Source: Candidatus Nanohalarchaeota archaeon
Lineage (GTDB): Archaea > Nanohalarchaeota > Nanosalinia > Nanosalinales > Nanoanaerosalinaceae
Direction of reading: 5' to 3'
NCBI GenBank assembly: GCA_022729255.1
Contig: JALDAG010000002.1
Span: forward strand, 1 to 53,399
DNA length: 53,399 nt
Part shown: positions 28,633 to 39,015 of the stretch, one piece after another
How positions within the stretch are numbered: position 1 is the stretch's first letter
Layout of the letters: each line of letters begins with the position of its first letter
Notes under the pieces: model-generated
Told to the model about the DNA's origin: nothing
Database searches by the model: none
Seen by the model: the letters and a program-made list of their open reading frames with translations, nothing else
Position numbers and translations under genes: made by a program

Positions 28633-28763
28633 TGCAGGGGGAGGGATTCGAACCCTCGGAACGCCTATGCGTACAGGATCTCTCAACTATTTTTCGGCTA
28701 CCGGACTTCTTAAGTCCTGCCCCTATAGCCGATCTCTCTTTGGCCTGGCTTGGGTACCCCTGC
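28633..28763 (-). tRNA. tRNA-Leu(TAA) with two introns (15 nt at 21/22, 28725-28739; 29 nt at 37/38, 28680-28708)
   Basis: Removing both inserts gives an 87-nt long-variable-arm cloverleaf. BHB central helices are GGCC/GGCT and CTTA/TGAG. The position between rpoD and L18e is conserved. Confidence 0.88.
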
Positions 28764-28773
28764 AGGGTTTTAA

Positions 28774-29550
28774 TCAGAGAGAATTTTCAAATTCTTCAAG
28801 TTCTTCTTCTATTATATCGATCGCTTTCCTCACTATTTTTCTTGGCTCGATTCCTGACACGGTTTCAACCTCGAACAAGAACTTGTCTCTGTGTTCCAAA
28901 TATTCTATCTCATCTCCCTCTTCTATATCTATCGTGTTTCTCAAGGAGTATAGTATCGATTCATCAACTTTTATTGGTCCATCCGCATTCTTGACTTTTT
29001 CAGTCGCTACCTTTGCTACTTCTTCGCTGTTTTCCACTTTTTCACCGTTCACTTTTATCTCTGGATAATATTTGTATGAAGCTACAGCCGCCTGAAACTT
29101 AGCATGCTGTTTGCCTGTTCCCAGCACCGCTTTTGCCTCTAATTCGAGTTCCTGGTCCTCGAGAAGTTTTATAACAAGTATGTCAGGGTTAACGGGTGTT
29201 ACTTTTTTGTCCGTGGGTTTTATGTGTTTCGCTTTTACGTAAGCTTCTCCTTCCTTTTTTAGAACCATTTCAACCCTGCAGTTAGGACACCCTTCTTCTG
29301 AATCGCATTCACAGTTTTCTGGAAGCCTGTACTCTTCTTCAGGGAACTTCCAAGGTACCATACCTATCCTGTGAGCAATTATCTCATCGAAAAGTCCTGA
29401 AGTGTTGTTGATGAAGTCCACCTCTTTTACCGCCATAGTGGGGACTTTACCTATCATAGTCCTTCTAAGAGCATTTGCGAACTGGGTTTTTGCGTCCTTT
29501 AGAAGGAACCTTATCTTTTTTTCTTTTTCTTCCAGAATCTCAACTTCCAT
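28774..29550 (-). CDS. rpoD: RNA polymerase subunit D (Rpo3)
   Basis: ANALRR, DEIIAHRIG, Cys cluster, HAKF. Confidence 0.96.
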   Translation of the reverse strand: MEVEILEEKEKKIRFLLKDAKTQFANALRRTMIGKVPTMAVKEVDFINNTSGLFDEIIAHRIGMVPWKFPEEEYRLPENCECDSEEGCPNCRVEMVLKKEGEAYVKAKHIKPTDKKVTPVNPDILVIKLLEDQELELEAKAVLGTGKQHAKFQAAVASYKYYPEIKVNGEKVENSEEVAKVATEKVKNADGPIKVDESILYSLRNTIDIEEGDEIEYLEHRDKFLFEVETVSGIEPRKIVRKAIDIIEEELEEFENSL

Positions 29551-29580
29551 AATTATCACTCAATCAATCTAATAACTGTA

Positions 29581-29979
29581 TCAGAAGCCCTGCGACTGCC
29601 TTCCTCTTTTTCCGCCTTTTCTTCTAGTTGAATCATGAGGTACAGGAGTCACGTCTTCTATCTTTCCGACGTTAAGATTGGATCGGGTAAGAGATCTTAT
29701 AGCCGGCTGAGCACCTTGTCCAGGTACTTTGTGGCTTGTACCTCCTGGAGCCCTGACCCTTATATTTATTTCTTCTATTCCTTTCTCTTCAGCTTCTTTT
29801 GCAGCTTGTTGTGCTGCTTTCATGGCTGGAAAGGCTCTTCCCTGTAGACGTCCCTTGTCGGTTATCATACCTGAGCTGTACCTTGCGATGGTCTCCGCTC
29901 CGGTAACATCTGTTATGTGTATGATTGTATTGTTAAAAGAAGCGTATATGTGGGCTATTCCTTGTTTTTTATCTTTCAT
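29581..29979 (-). CDS. rps11: 30S ribosomal protein S11
   Basis: [31 protein letters not shown]. Confidence 0.97.
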   Translation of the reverse strand: MKDKKQGIAHIYASFNNTIIHITDVTGAETIARYSSGMITDKGRLQGRAFPAMKAAQQAAKEAEEKGIEEINIRVRAPGGTSHKVPGQGAQPAIRSLTRSNLNVGKIEDVTPVPHDSTRRKGGKRGRQSQGF

Positions 29980-29989
29980 ATGTCAACAC

Positions 29990-30472
29990 CTATTGGTTTT
30001 GAATTATTTTTTTGGCGTTAGGTGAAACTTTTAGGTCTTTTTCCTCCTCTTTTGTCACCAGATAACCAGGCACGTTTACCTTGTTATCGCCAATTATTAT
30101 GTGTCCGTGGTTTATGAACTGTCTCGCCTGTTTCATGGTCGAAGCCAGTCCTTTTCTATAAACTATTGTCTGAAGCCTTCTTTCGAGTATGTCTTCTAAA
30201 CTCATATCAAGGATATCTGTCAGATCGGAATCTTTTCCTACTACACCAAGCCTTTCAAGTTTGTTCAGAAGGCTTTTTTCTCTTTGTTCATCCTTTGTTG
30301 CGTTGAGCTTTCTTGCTTCTCTTCTGAAGTTTCTCACGAGCGATTCGACTTTCCACAACTCTCTTTTCTCAGTCAATCCGTAGTTCATAAGATAATTTTC
30401 TTCTCTATCGATTCTTTCCCTGTCCCAACCTTTGTTGGGTGTTTCATAACTTTTTTTAAGTGTTTTAACCAT
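29990..30472 (-). CDS. rps4: 30S ribosomal protein S4
   Basis: YGL..KRELW, LERRLQT, ARQFINHGHI. Confidence 0.97.
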   Translation of the reverse strand: MVKTLKKSYETPNKGWDRERIDREENYLMNYGLTEKRELWKVESLVRNFRREARKLNATKDEQREKSLLNKLERLGVVGKDSDLTDILDMSLEDILERRLQTIVYRKGLASTMKQARQFINHGHIIIGDNKVNVPGYLVTKEEEKDLKVSPNAKKIIQNQ

Positions 30473-30481
30473 TTTATCACC

Positions 30482-30955
30482 TTACTCCTCTTCTTCCTCT
30501 GCTTTAACCCTTGAACGGGATACACCGACTTTTGCTCCACTTCTGAATGAAGACTGTGTTTTTTGACCTCTTACAGGCAGACCGATTTTGTGCCTCCATC
30601 CCCTGTAAGTACCTGTCTCTTTCAATCTTCTTATATCGAAATCTTCTTTAAGTTCAAGATCAGGACCTATGAGATGGTTATCTTCCCCGGTTTCGTGGTC
30701 TCTCCTTCTGTTCCTTAGGAAAGAAGGTATACCGTTTTCCTCCGGGTTCTTGATTATTTGTTCAAGCTCGTCTCTTTCTTCATCTGAAAGAGCTCCAATC
30801 TTCTGATCCATGCTGAACCTTGATGTTTTTGCTACTGCGTTAGCATATCTTTTGCCGACTCCCTTTATTGATGTAAGGGCTTCGGAAATTCTTCTATGTC
30901 CGTCAAGATCAGTTCTTGACAGCCTCACTATTTCCTGTATTTTTTCTTCTGACAT
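30482..30955 (-). CDS. rps13: 30S ribosomal protein S13
   Basis: IKGVG, YRGWRH..GLPVRGQKT. Confidence 0.97.
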   Translation of the reverse strand: MSEEKIQEIVRLSRTDLDGHRRISEALTSIKGVGKRYANAVAKTSRFSMDQKIGALSDEERDELEQIIKNPEENGIPSFLRNRRRDHETGEDNHLIGPDLELKEDFDIRRLKETGTYRGWRHKIGLPVRGQKTQSSFRSGAKVGVSRSRVKAEEEEE

Positions 30956-31072
30956 TGGCACGATACAACCTTTTCGTGAAAAACTTTTTAACTATTCCTT
31001 TAGTTTGACAAAAATACGACCTGCTTATAATAAATGTGTCTAACTTTTAAATACGTCTTGTTTTAGAATTAA

Positions 31073-31540
31073 TCAGTTGCCAACATCTATCTGGTATGTG
31101 TAGGTAACATTTCTGTCATCCCAATCAGCTTCTATCAGCACAATATAACTTCCTTCTTCTCTTATCCTGAATTCACCTATTTCATAGATACCTTTTTCTA
31201 TCTCTTCACCGGTTCTTCTGTCTTTCAAAACGTACTCTATTTCAGGATCCTTATAATTTGTTTTGAAATCTATATTGGAGTCAACCTCTATCTTAGGTTT
31301 TACCATAGGCATCAAGGTCGCTTCCATAGTGGGGTTGTCAGGTCTGAGGTGTTCCACACATGTATCTTCTTTGCAGTACTTTCCCATCACACCATTAACC
31401 TCTGTGTTTTCGGCATCAAGAACTATTTGAGGAGGGTTAAGTGAATTCATCTCTCCATTGTTATCAGTACCCTTTAGAACTGCGATTGACATCATCAGCA
31501 CTAATAGCGTAACGAATAATACAATTTTTTTGTTACTCAT
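31073..31540 (-). CDS. Hypothetical N-terminally anchored/secreted protein
   Basis: Hydrophobic N-terminus and a beta-rich body; lies between the S7 and S13 clusters. Confidence 0.6.
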   Translation of the reverse strand: MSNKKIVLFVTLLVLMMSIAVLKGTDNNGEMNSLNPPQIVLDAENTEVNGVMGKYCKEDTCVEHLRPDNPTMEATLMPMVKPKIEVDSNIDFKTNYKDPEIEYVLKDRRTGEEIEKGIYEIGEFRIREEGSYIVLIEADWDDRNVTYTYQIDVGN

Positions 31541-31593
31541 TGTAATTGTTGGTAAAAATAGAATGGGTTGAAGGAGGTTATAAAATTTTAGGT

Positions 31594-32193
31594 TTACCTA
31601 GCTCCTTCTGCTTCTCTTTCTCTTCTTTGCTTGTCCCTGATAGATCTTATGCTTGAATCGTTTTCGTATGCAGCTATTATTTCCTCTGCTAAGTATTTTT
31701 CTGCATCATCTTCAGCTGCAAGCCTCTTTTCGTAAGCTCCCTGTGCTATCATCCTAAGAGCTAAATCAACTCTCCTCATAGGAGAAACAATAACTGCTTC
31801 TCTAGCGATAACTCCTCCTCTTTGATATGAAACAACTTCTTCCTTGGGAGCAGAATTCTCTATCGCTTTTACAAATACTTGTACAGGGTTTTCTTCTGTT
31901 TCCTCCTCGATTATCTCAAAAGATTTTTCTATCAGAGTCCACAGTTTCTCTGATTTACCGACATTGTGTCCTGAAGTTATCTTGTGTTTGTTTCCTCTGT
32001 GACCTGCAACATAAAGCCTGTTGAGAAGCCTCTCAACTATCTGGACATCAGCCTTATAGAACTGTTTGTCCGGATGCCTACCCTTTGATCTTGGAGCCAT
32101 TATGTTGTCCAGGTTGATGTATCTCCTTAGACCTGGATCCTCTATTTCAACTTCATCACAGTCCCATTTGTCGAATAGCTTTACTCCTTCCAT
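31594..32193 (-). CDS. rps7: 30S ribosomal protein S7
   Basis: KLFDKW, IVERL, NPVQV...AIENSAP, SPMRRVD. Confidence 0.97.
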   Translation of the reverse strand: MEGVKLFDKWDCDEVEIEDPGLRRYINLDNIMAPRSKGRHPDKQFYKADVQIVERLLNRLYVAGHRGNKHKITSGHNVGKSEKLWTLIEKSFEIIEEETEENPVQVFVKAIENSAPKEEVVSYQRGGVIAREAVIVSPMRRVDLALRMIAQGAYEKRLAAEDDAEKYLAEEIIAAYENDSSIRSIRDKQRREREAEGAR

Positions 32194-32197
32194 TATA

Positions 32198-32620
32198 TCA
32201 CCTTGTTGGTTTCTGCTTTCTTCCTGCTACCAGTTCTTTTAGAGACACTCCATTGACCTTGGAAACTTGGAACCTTACAGTAGGTATGTCTCCTTTAGGT
32301 CCTCCGTCAGCACCTCCTATGCCTTCAATGATTACTTCGTCGTGCTCATCGATTTGTTCGATGGCTCCGTCACCTGGCACGAAAGCTGTTAAGTGTTTAC
32401 CGTTTTTTATCAGCTGAACTCTCACACATTTTCTGAGTGCTGAGTTCGGCTGCTTAGCTTCAATAATCCTTTTTTCAAGAACAATCCCTCTCGCCTGAGG
32501 GCTTCCTTCTAGCGGGTCAGATTTTTGTTTTAGATTAAGGTTTCTTCTCTTGTAATTTTTATCGCTCCATCTGTACTTCTGCCTTCTTTTTTTCAGCTTT
32601 CTTCCGTTGTATAGACCCAT
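32198..32620 (-). CDS. rps12: 30S ribosomal protein S12
   Basis: [26 protein letters not shown]. Confidence 0.98.
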   Translation of the reverse strand: MGLYNGRKLKKRRQKYRWSDKNYKRRNLNLKQKSDPLEGSPQARGIVLEKRIIEAKQPNSALRKCVRVQLIKNGKHLTAFVPGDGAIEQIDEHDEVIIEGIGGADGGPKGDIPTVRFQVSKVNGVSLKELVAGRKQKPTR

Positions 32621-32671
32621 TAGTTATCACTCTTTGACAAGAATATTTTTCGGATATTAGTTTTATAAATG

Positions 32672-33100
32672 CTAGTTTACCTTGACATCGTCGATGTCGA
32701 ACTCCCTCTTAAGGAATCTTTTGGTTATCTCAACGTTTCTACCGTCCTTCCCAACAGCCTGAGACCAGTCACTCCTATCAACTCTTATTCTAACAATTTT
32801 GCTTTCTCCTGACCTGTCGAGCTTTACTGATTTGACTTTAACAGGAACAACATTCTCTACAAATTTTTTCAAGCTGTCAGAGTGCTCGTAGACTTTTACC
32901 TTTTTGTTGAGGTTGCTCTGAACTTTTTTTATTGTTTTTCCACCTTTTCCTATAGCAAGACCTACTTTACCTTCTTCTACTACGAAGTAGGCACGATCGT
33001 CTGTGGTGATAGCATCCATCACCTTGACTCCTGTTATGTCTTCGAAAAGGTTTATGCTTCTTATGGTGTCTGTATCGAATTTTATCGTTACGCCTGACAT
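32672..33100 (-). CDS. nusA: Archaeal NusA-like KH protein
   Basis: GLAIGKGG and AVGKDGRN KH motifs; conserved position. Confidence 0.93.
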   Translation of the reverse strand: MSGVTIKFDTDTIRSINLFEDITGVKVMDAITTDDRAYFVVEEGKVGLAIGKGGKTIKKVQSNLNKKVKVYEHSDSLKKFVENVVPVKVKSVKLDRSGESKIVRIRVDRSDWSQAVGKDGRNVEITKRFLKREFDIDDVKVN

Positions 33101-33105
33101 GGTTT

Positions 33106-33372
33106 TCACACTATACTCTGTTTCTCTTTGATACCTACTGTTGTCACGTTGAATGGTTTTCCGCAGATAGATCCAAGTTCTCTGTTGTTACCCTGGAACT
33201 CTATCAACTCTGCATCTTCAACGTTATCTTGTATCTTTTTAACTATTTTGTCGGGTGAGTTTGATGCAAGTATAACTTTTTCGATTTCGCCCATGTTTTT
33301 CAATGTTTCTTTTGAACCTATGATGACTCTTCCATCTTTCGTTGCTCTTTTGACCATTTTTTTGATATTCAT
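33106..33372 (-). CDS. rpl30e: 50S ribosomal protein L30e
   Basis: IIGSKET, ELGSICGKPF. Confidence 0.94.
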   Translation of the reverse strand: MNIKKMVKRATKDGRVIIGSKETLKNMGEIEKVILASNSPDKIVKKIQDNVEDAELIEFQGNNRELGSICGKPFNVTTVGIKEKQSIV

Positions 33373-33393
33373 AGTATCACTTAATCCTTTTTT

Positions 33394-34761
33394 TTACATT
33401 TTTTCTTTAATCCATTTATTCATGGTTTTCCTGTTCTTGTTTTCTTTCTCTTTTTCGAGAAGTTTTTCCAGGTCTACCTCATCTATGTTATCTTCCACCA
33501 ACTTTTTTATTTCTGAAATATTCATCTTTGCGAGTTCATCGTAATCGATGTCAGCCCTGGATTTCTCAGCTTTTTCAGCCTCCCTTTTCTTTTCCCTCTC
33601 CTCTATTTTTCTCTGTTTTTCTTCCCTAATCTTTTTTCTTTTCTCTTCTATCTCTTTAAGAACTGATTCCGGAGCTTTTCCAGGTTTTGCTGTTAATTTA
33701 AGGTTACCTGTTCCCATTGGGATGACCTGTCCAAGTATTATGTTTTCAACAACCGATTTCAAAGGATCGATCTCTCCTTCTATCGCTGCGGTTGTTACGT
33801 GCTTTTTAGTTTCTTCAAAAGCAGCTCTCGCAAACACTGAATCCTTTGAGCCACAGATTCCATATCTTGTAGCTCCATTTATCTCTCCGTCCTTTGTCAT
33901 AGTGTCTGATATGAGAAGCAACCATCTATCATCTACTGCCATTCCCTGTTCATCCAGCGTCTTTCGCATCTCCTTGTATATCAGGTTCCTAGTCGCTTCT
34001 ATACCGAAGACTTTTTTGAATTGGAATATGTCGTTGCAGACAGTCCTAGTATCATCCACTTTTTTCAATCTTAGAACTTTTTTAAGATTTATACCTGCGG
34101 TCTGAACTCTCCATTCACCGTCTTCTTCAAGTATCACAACGTCTTTGATACCTTTGAATCCGTGAAGCCTGTAATTCATTATTTTAGCTTTTATGTCCTG
34201 AAGATCTTTCAGGCTGTAATCATCCTTGTCAGGGGTTATAGTGAGTTCATAATCGTCTACATTTATGTTCAAACTGTATTTTCCTTTGAGTTCTTCCACG
34301 ACTTCGTCGACATCCATAAGGTACTCTTCCAAAATTTCGGGGTTGATAACGAACTTCATCTCCAACATCGTAAGGTCTATCGTGTCCTCCGAAACAAGGT
34401 CTCCTAGGTTTACTTCTTTTATTTTTGCAGCTATCTCCTTAGCTTCTTCCTTAGTCCTGTGCCCTTCTTTGAGATAAATGTTCATTATAGGAGTTTTAGG
34501 ATTTCTTCTTGCATTGATGATTTCTATGAGTCTTGGAAGACCCTGTGTGATAGATACTTTTGCAGCTCCTGCACTGTGGTATGTTTCCATGGTCATCTGA
34601 GTTGCTGGTTCAGATATGGACTGTGCTGCAACAAGTCCTATTGCTTCTCCAGGTTCAAAAAGCATCTTTCTGTACTTTTCCTTAAGCTCTTCCTGGTTTG
34701 GACTGTCCCTGTACTTTTCAGGGAGTTCCTCAACATCTATAGTAGTATCTTGTTCTGTCAT
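33394..34761 (-). CDS. rpoA2: RNA polymerase subunit A'' (Rpo1C) with a C-terminal extension of about 95 aa
   Basis: [36 protein letters not shown]. Confidence 0.96.
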   Translation of the reverse strand: MTEQDTTIDVEELPEKYRDSPNQEELKEKYRKMLFEPGEAIGLVAAQSISEPATQMTMETYHSAGAAKVSITQGLPRLIEIINARRNPKTPIMNIYLKEGHRTKEEAKEIAAKIKEVNLGDLVSEDTIDLTMLEMKFVINPEILEEYLMDVDEVVEELKGKYSLNINVDDYELTITPDKDDYSLKDLQDIKAKIMNYRLHGFKGIKDVVILEEDGEWRVQTAGINLKKVLRLKKVDDTRTVCNDIFQFKKVFGIEATRNLIYKEMRKTLDEQGMAVDDRWLLLISDTMTKDGEINGATRYGICGSKDSVFARAAFEETKKHVTTAAIEGEIDPLKSVVENIILGQVIPMGTGNLKLTAKPGKAPESVLKEIEEKRKKIREEKQRKIEEREKKREAEKAEKSRADIDYDELAKMNISEIKKLVEDNIDEVDLEKLLEKEKENKNRKTMNKWIKEKM

Positions 34762-34771
34762 ATTAATCACC

Positions 34772-37201
34772 CTAGTCAGAGACCAGTTCACCTCTATCAG
34801 ACTTTGAAGGATCTATTCCATCCTCTCCGGCCTTGAACTGTACCACAGTTCCATCAGACGCCATCACCGAACGGTTTTCTTCGACTTTCAGATCCTGTAA
34901 AGCGTTTGAAATCCTACGGTACATGTATCCCGAAGTCCTAGTTCTTAGAGACTGGTCCATCAGTCCTTCCCTACCGGACATGATCTCGAAAAACATTTCA
35001 TCCGGTTCAAGTCCGTTAAATATAGATGATGCAACGAAACCTCTGGCCCTTGGACTTAGATCGTTCTTCTTGAAATGAGAAAGGTTTCTTTCTTTGAAAC
35101 CTCTTGAAATTCGTTCTCCTCTCACTGTTTCCTGCCCCATCAGTCCTGCCATAATGGACAGATTGGTCATTGAACCCCTTGCACCGGACTCTGCCATGAT
35201 CCTCGAGGAGTTCTCAGGTATCTCCCTGTCAACAATCTCCTCGACCTCGGTTGATATGGATCTAAGTTCCGATACAAGCTTCACTTCAAGAGTTTCTTTC
35301 TCGGTTTTACCTGTCAGAGGCTCTATTTCTCCTCTATCATATTTTTCGATCAGCTTGTTCGCCTCATCAACTCCTTTCTGTATCTCTTTTTCTATTTCTT
35401 TTCTTCCTTTTTCTGATACCTCAAGATCGGAGGTGCTTATGGAGAAACCTCTTCTGTCCAGGTATTTGATACCTAGTTTTGTCACCTGATCTATGAACTT
35501 CTGTGTTTCATCCTTATCGTACTCTAGAAGGAGCTGGTTCAGTATCTCGCCTCCGTAGTCTCCTACAAGATCCTCATCTATCACTCCTTCGATCAGTTCA
35601 CCGTCTTTTATCACCGCTTTTTTATTATCTATGTTTATCTTTTCAGGTATGAAGAGAGATATTATTTCTTTACCCGTCAAAACCTCTTTTTCCGGAAGTT
35701 CTTTGTCGTAAGCACCTGTTGCTGTAATAAGGTTGTAAGCTTTATCCCTAGGGATCTCATCGTCTTTACTCAAAAGGTATAGTCCTGATATGTGATCCTG
35801 CATCATACCCACGATAGGCCCACCGAACTTCGGAGACTTGATATGATTACTAACTTCCAGAAGCTCTTCAGCTTCAGCCCTTGCCTCTTCTGTCTGAGGT
35901 ATGTGCAAGTTCATCTCGTCACCGTCAAAGTCGGCGTTGTAAGGTGGACAAACAGCAAGGTTTATTCTGAATGTTTTGTAAGGCATTACCTTGACCCTGT
36001 GACCCATCATCGAGTTTCTGTGAAGTGAGGGCTGTCTGTTGAAAAGCACGACGTCCCCATCTATTAGGTGTCTCTCAACCTTGTAACCCGGTTCAAGCTC
36101 TTCTAATATCATTTCCTTGTTTTTATCAGTCAGTTTTTTCTTGGTTCCATCATCCCTGAAGATGTAGTTAACACCTGGATGGTTCTCAGGACCGTTTTCG
36201 ATCCACTGCTTGACCTTGTCCATGTTGTCTTCCTTGACCTTTACAGGTATGGTCAGTATCTTTGCTATATCTTCTGGTACACCTACTTCGTTTAGGTCGA
36301 TGTTTGGATCAGGAGATATAACGGTTCTTGCGGAAAAGTTAGCTCTCTTACCGATAAGGTTCTGCCTGAACCTACCTTCTTTTCCTTTGAGTCTTCCTAT
36401 AAGAGATTTTAGGCTTCTTCCCGATCTGTGCCTTGCAGGAGGTATTCCCGAAATCGAGTTGTCGTACATCGTTGAGGAATGGTACTGCAGTAGTTCCCAT
36501 AGATCCGAAATAATAAAGTCAGGTGCTTCTATTTCTATGTTGTTTCTTAGCCTCTGATTTATTCTTATCACGTCAACCAGTTTATGAGTAAGGTCGTCCT
36601 CCGATCTTTGACCTGTTTCAAGTGTTATGGAAGGTCTTATTGTCACGGGTGGAACAAGCAGGTTTTCTATTATCAACCATTCAGGTCTTCCACCTTTCAC
36701 ACCCAATTTTTCAGCTGTTTCAGTAGGTATCTTTTTAAATCTCTCCTTTATCTTGTCAGGCGTGATCTGTTCGCCATCCTCGTAGTAGCTATAAGGCTTT
36801 TCAAAATCTATATCCACTTTCTCGGTTCCACACTCGGGACAGGTGCTCATCCTGTTACTTTTTCTGAGGGATTTGTCCTCATTTTTCATCAAAAGTGTCT
36901 GGCACTCATTACATGTGAATCTCAAAAGGTTTCTTATCTTTTTAGCGTAAAGAACGTTAACTACAGGTTTTGCAAGATCGATATATCCAAAGTGACCTTT
37001 GCACTCTCTCATCCTGCCTCCACAGGTTCTACAAACCATACCAGGATCCAGTACACCAAGAGAAGGATCCATTACTCCTCCCTCTATAGGATATCCGTCT
37101 GCATCGTAAACTTCTGCCTTGCTTATCCTTTTAACAGCCATGTTTCTGATCTTTTCTGGATTCATAAGTCCGAACTTGATACTTTCTACTTTATTTGGCA
37201 T
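34772..37201 (-). CDS. rpoA1: RNA polymerase subunit A' (Rpo1N)
   Basis: [25 protein letters not shown]. Confidence 0.98.
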   Translation of the reverse strand: MPNKVESIKFGLMNPEKIRNMAVKRISKAEVYDADGYPIEGGVMDPSLGVLDPGMVCRTCGGRMRECKGHFGYIDLAKPVVNVLYAKKIRNLLRFTCNECQTLLMKNEDKSLRKSNRMSTCPECGTEKVDIDFEKPYSYYEDGEQITPDKIKERFKKIPTETAEKLGVKGGRPEWLIIENLLVPPVTIRPSITLETGQRSEDDLTHKLVDVIRINQRLRNNIEIEAPDFIISDLWELLQYHSSTMYDNSISGIPPARHRSGRSLKSLIGRLKGKEGRFRQNLIGKRANFSARTVISPDPNIDLNEVGVPEDIAKILTIPVKVKEDNMDKVKQWIENGPENHPGVNYIFRDDGTKKKLTDKNKEMILEELEPGYKVERHLIDGDVVLFNRQPSLHRNSMMGHRVKVMPYKTFRINLAVCPPYNADFDGDEMNLHIPQTEEARAEAEELLEVSNHIKSPKFGGPIVGMMQDHISGLYLLSKDDEIPRDKAYNLITATGAYDKELPEKEVLTGKEIISLFIPEKINIDNKKAVIKDGELIEGVIDEDLVGDYGGEILNQLLLEYDKDETQKFIDQVTKLGIKYLDRRGFSISTSDLEVSEKGRKEIEKEIQKGVDEANKLIEKYDRGEIEPLTGKTEKETLEVKLVSELRSISTEVEEIVDREIPENSSRIMAESGARGSMTNLSIMAGLMGQETVRGERISRGFKERNLSHFKKNDLSPRARGFVASSIFNGLEPDEMFFEIMSGREGLMDQSLRTRTSGYMYRRISNALQDLKVEENRSVMASDGTVVQFKAGEDGIDPSKSDRGELVSD

Positions 37202-37211
37202 AGTGATCACC

Positions 37212-39005
37212 TCATTGCTCCTCCAACTCTATTTTTGGATCTATCATCATCGATTTCAACTCGTTTAACATCAGCAAGAACGCTTGAGGAACTTCTATGT
37301 CAGATACGTCACTGCTGTTACAGTTTGGACAGTATTTTTTGTCCTCCTGTCTATCATATACACCTACTTCTCCACATCTGTCGCAAACATAGGATATAGT
37401 GGAGTCGGATCCGAATCTCTCTTTCAGTAGAAGAGCTGATCCGTGTCCTACAAGGACGTCTTTTTCCATTTCTCCAAGTCTTAGGCCACCTTCCCTAGCT
37501 CTTCCAGCCGTTGGCTGTTTTGTAAGTAGGGTTACAGGTCCTCTTGCCCTAGCATGGATTTTATCCTCTACCATGTGGCTTAGTTTTAGGTAGAACCCGG
37601 GACCAATGAATATCTCTGCATCCTTCTTCTCTCCCGTTATGCCGTTGTACATTTCTTCTTTTCCATCATATCTGAAACCTTTTTCCTTAAGTGTCTCTCT
37701 CAAGTTATCTTCTTTTTCGTTATGGAACACCGTTCCGTCCACTTTTTCACCTCTTAGAGCCGCTGCTTTTCCTCCAATTATTTCTATTAGTTGTGAAACT
37801 GTCATACGACTCGGTATTGCATGTGTTGATAGTATTATGTCTGGCGTTATTCCTTCGCCTGTGAAAGGCATGTTTTCCTCCGGTACTATAAGCCCGATGA
37901 CACCTTTCTGTCCGTGCCTTGTCGCGAACTTATCTCCCAGTTGAGGAATCCTTTCAGACCTTATTTTTGTTTTTATCAACTTGTTTCCATCTTCCCCTTC
38001 TGTTATCATAACTTTGTCTACTATACCTGACTCTCCATGCCTAACTGTTCTTGAGGTTTCTCTTTCAGCTGCAAGTCCCATTTTTACTTCTTCAGAACTT
38101 CCAAGGAACTTAGGTGGAGATGTTTTTCCTACTAAGACGTCTCCTTCTTCCACTTCTGTTTCGGGATTTACTATTCCATCCGGATCTAATTTTTTATAGG
38201 CGTCCTCGGATTTGAATCCCCTTGTATCCTTATCAGGTACTTTTATTGAGTCTTTCTGTCCTCCCCAGTACCTTCTTGACTCCGTGGAATAAGTTCTGAA
38301 GTGGTGACTTCTTTTGATACCTCTTTCTATGGAGGATTTGTTAAATATGACTGCGTCCTCTATGTTGTATCCTTCAAAACTTGAAATAGCTATGACAAGA
38401 TTCTGTCCCACAGGATGGTCTCCAAGTATCTCTTTAAATGTTCTTGTCTCGACTATAGGATGCTGAGGATATGTCAAGATGTTTGATTGAGTGTCAAAAC
38501 GCGTGTGGAAGTTAAGTAGAGGAAGTCCAAGTCCTTGCCCGATCATCTTTGCACCGTAGTTGACTCGGTCTCCTCTGTTGTAGTTTGCGAATACAACTGC
38601 AGATGCTGAAAGACCGTGAGTAGTAGCAGGATCCAGTTCCATGTGCGTATGTTCTTCAGTTACCTTATCTTCGTTCATAGCCACAAAAGCGTTTTCTTCT
38701 TCTTCAGCATCAAGGTATTCTATGATTCCTTCATCAACAAGATCCTGTATGGTGATTTCTTCATTATTTATTTTCTCAACATGTTTCTCTTTTAGTAGAG
38801 GTTCTCCATCTTCAACTATTACCAGAGGTCTTCTCACCCTGTTACTGTCAGTGAGAACCCTTAGTTCATCTTTATCTTCTGCATAACTGATATTTACTTG
38901 GGTGTCTATTTCTCCATTCCTCCTTCTTTCCACAAGCTTGTCCCTGAGTTCTCTTGTTTTTTCTGTTCTTCCAACGAATATTCCATCTAAGTATACGTTT
39001 CCCAT
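37212..39005 (-). CDS. rpoB1: RNA polymerase subunit B' (Rpo2C)
   Basis: GYNIEDA, GDKFATRHGQKG, GGLRLGEME, C-terminal Zn finger. Confidence 0.97.
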   Translation of the reverse strand: MGNVYLDGIFVGRTEKTRELRDKLVERRRNGEIDTQVNISYAEDKDELRVLTDSNRVRRPLVIVEDGEPLLKEKHVEKINNEEITIQDLVDEGIIEYLDAEEEENAFVAMNEDKVTEEHTHMELDPATTHGLSASAVVFANYNRGDRVNYGAKMIGQGLGLPLLNFHTRFDTQSNILTYPQHPIVETRTFKEILGDHPVGQNLVIAISSFEGYNIEDAVIFNKSSIERGIKRSHHFRTYSTESRRYWGGQKDSIKVPDKDTRGFKSEDAYKKLDPDGIVNPETEVEEGDVLVGKTSPPKFLGSSEEVKMGLAAERETSRTVRHGESGIVDKVMITEGEDGNKLIKTKIRSERIPQLGDKFATRHGQKGVIGLIVPEENMPFTGEGITPDIILSTHAIPSRMTVSQLIEIIGGKAAALRGEKVDGTVFHNEKEDNLRETLKEKGFRYDGKEEMYNGITGEKKDAEIFIGPGFYLKLSHMVEDKIHARARGPVTLLTKQPTAGRAREGGLRLGEMEKDVLVGHGSALLLKERFGSDSTISYVCDRCGEVGVYDRQEDKKYCPNCNSSDVSDIEVPQAFLLMLNELKSMMIDPKIELEEQ

Positions 39006-39015
39006 CTTTATCACC

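Noticed and set aside
28679..28714. Alternative splicing of intron 2 to give a TGA (Ser) anticodon
   Set aside because: BHB geometry supports only the 37/38 junction, and the body (A73, D-arm) is Leu-type
28462..29068. ORFs 28462-28686, 28595-29068 and 28620-28994
   Set aside because: They overlap tRNA-Leu, L18e or rpoD and are shadow frames
36584..37399. 271-aa plus-strand ORF and similar long antisense ORFs (33548-34105, 24412-24882, 14916-15395)
   Set aside because: Antisense to well-supported genes, with no recognisable motifs
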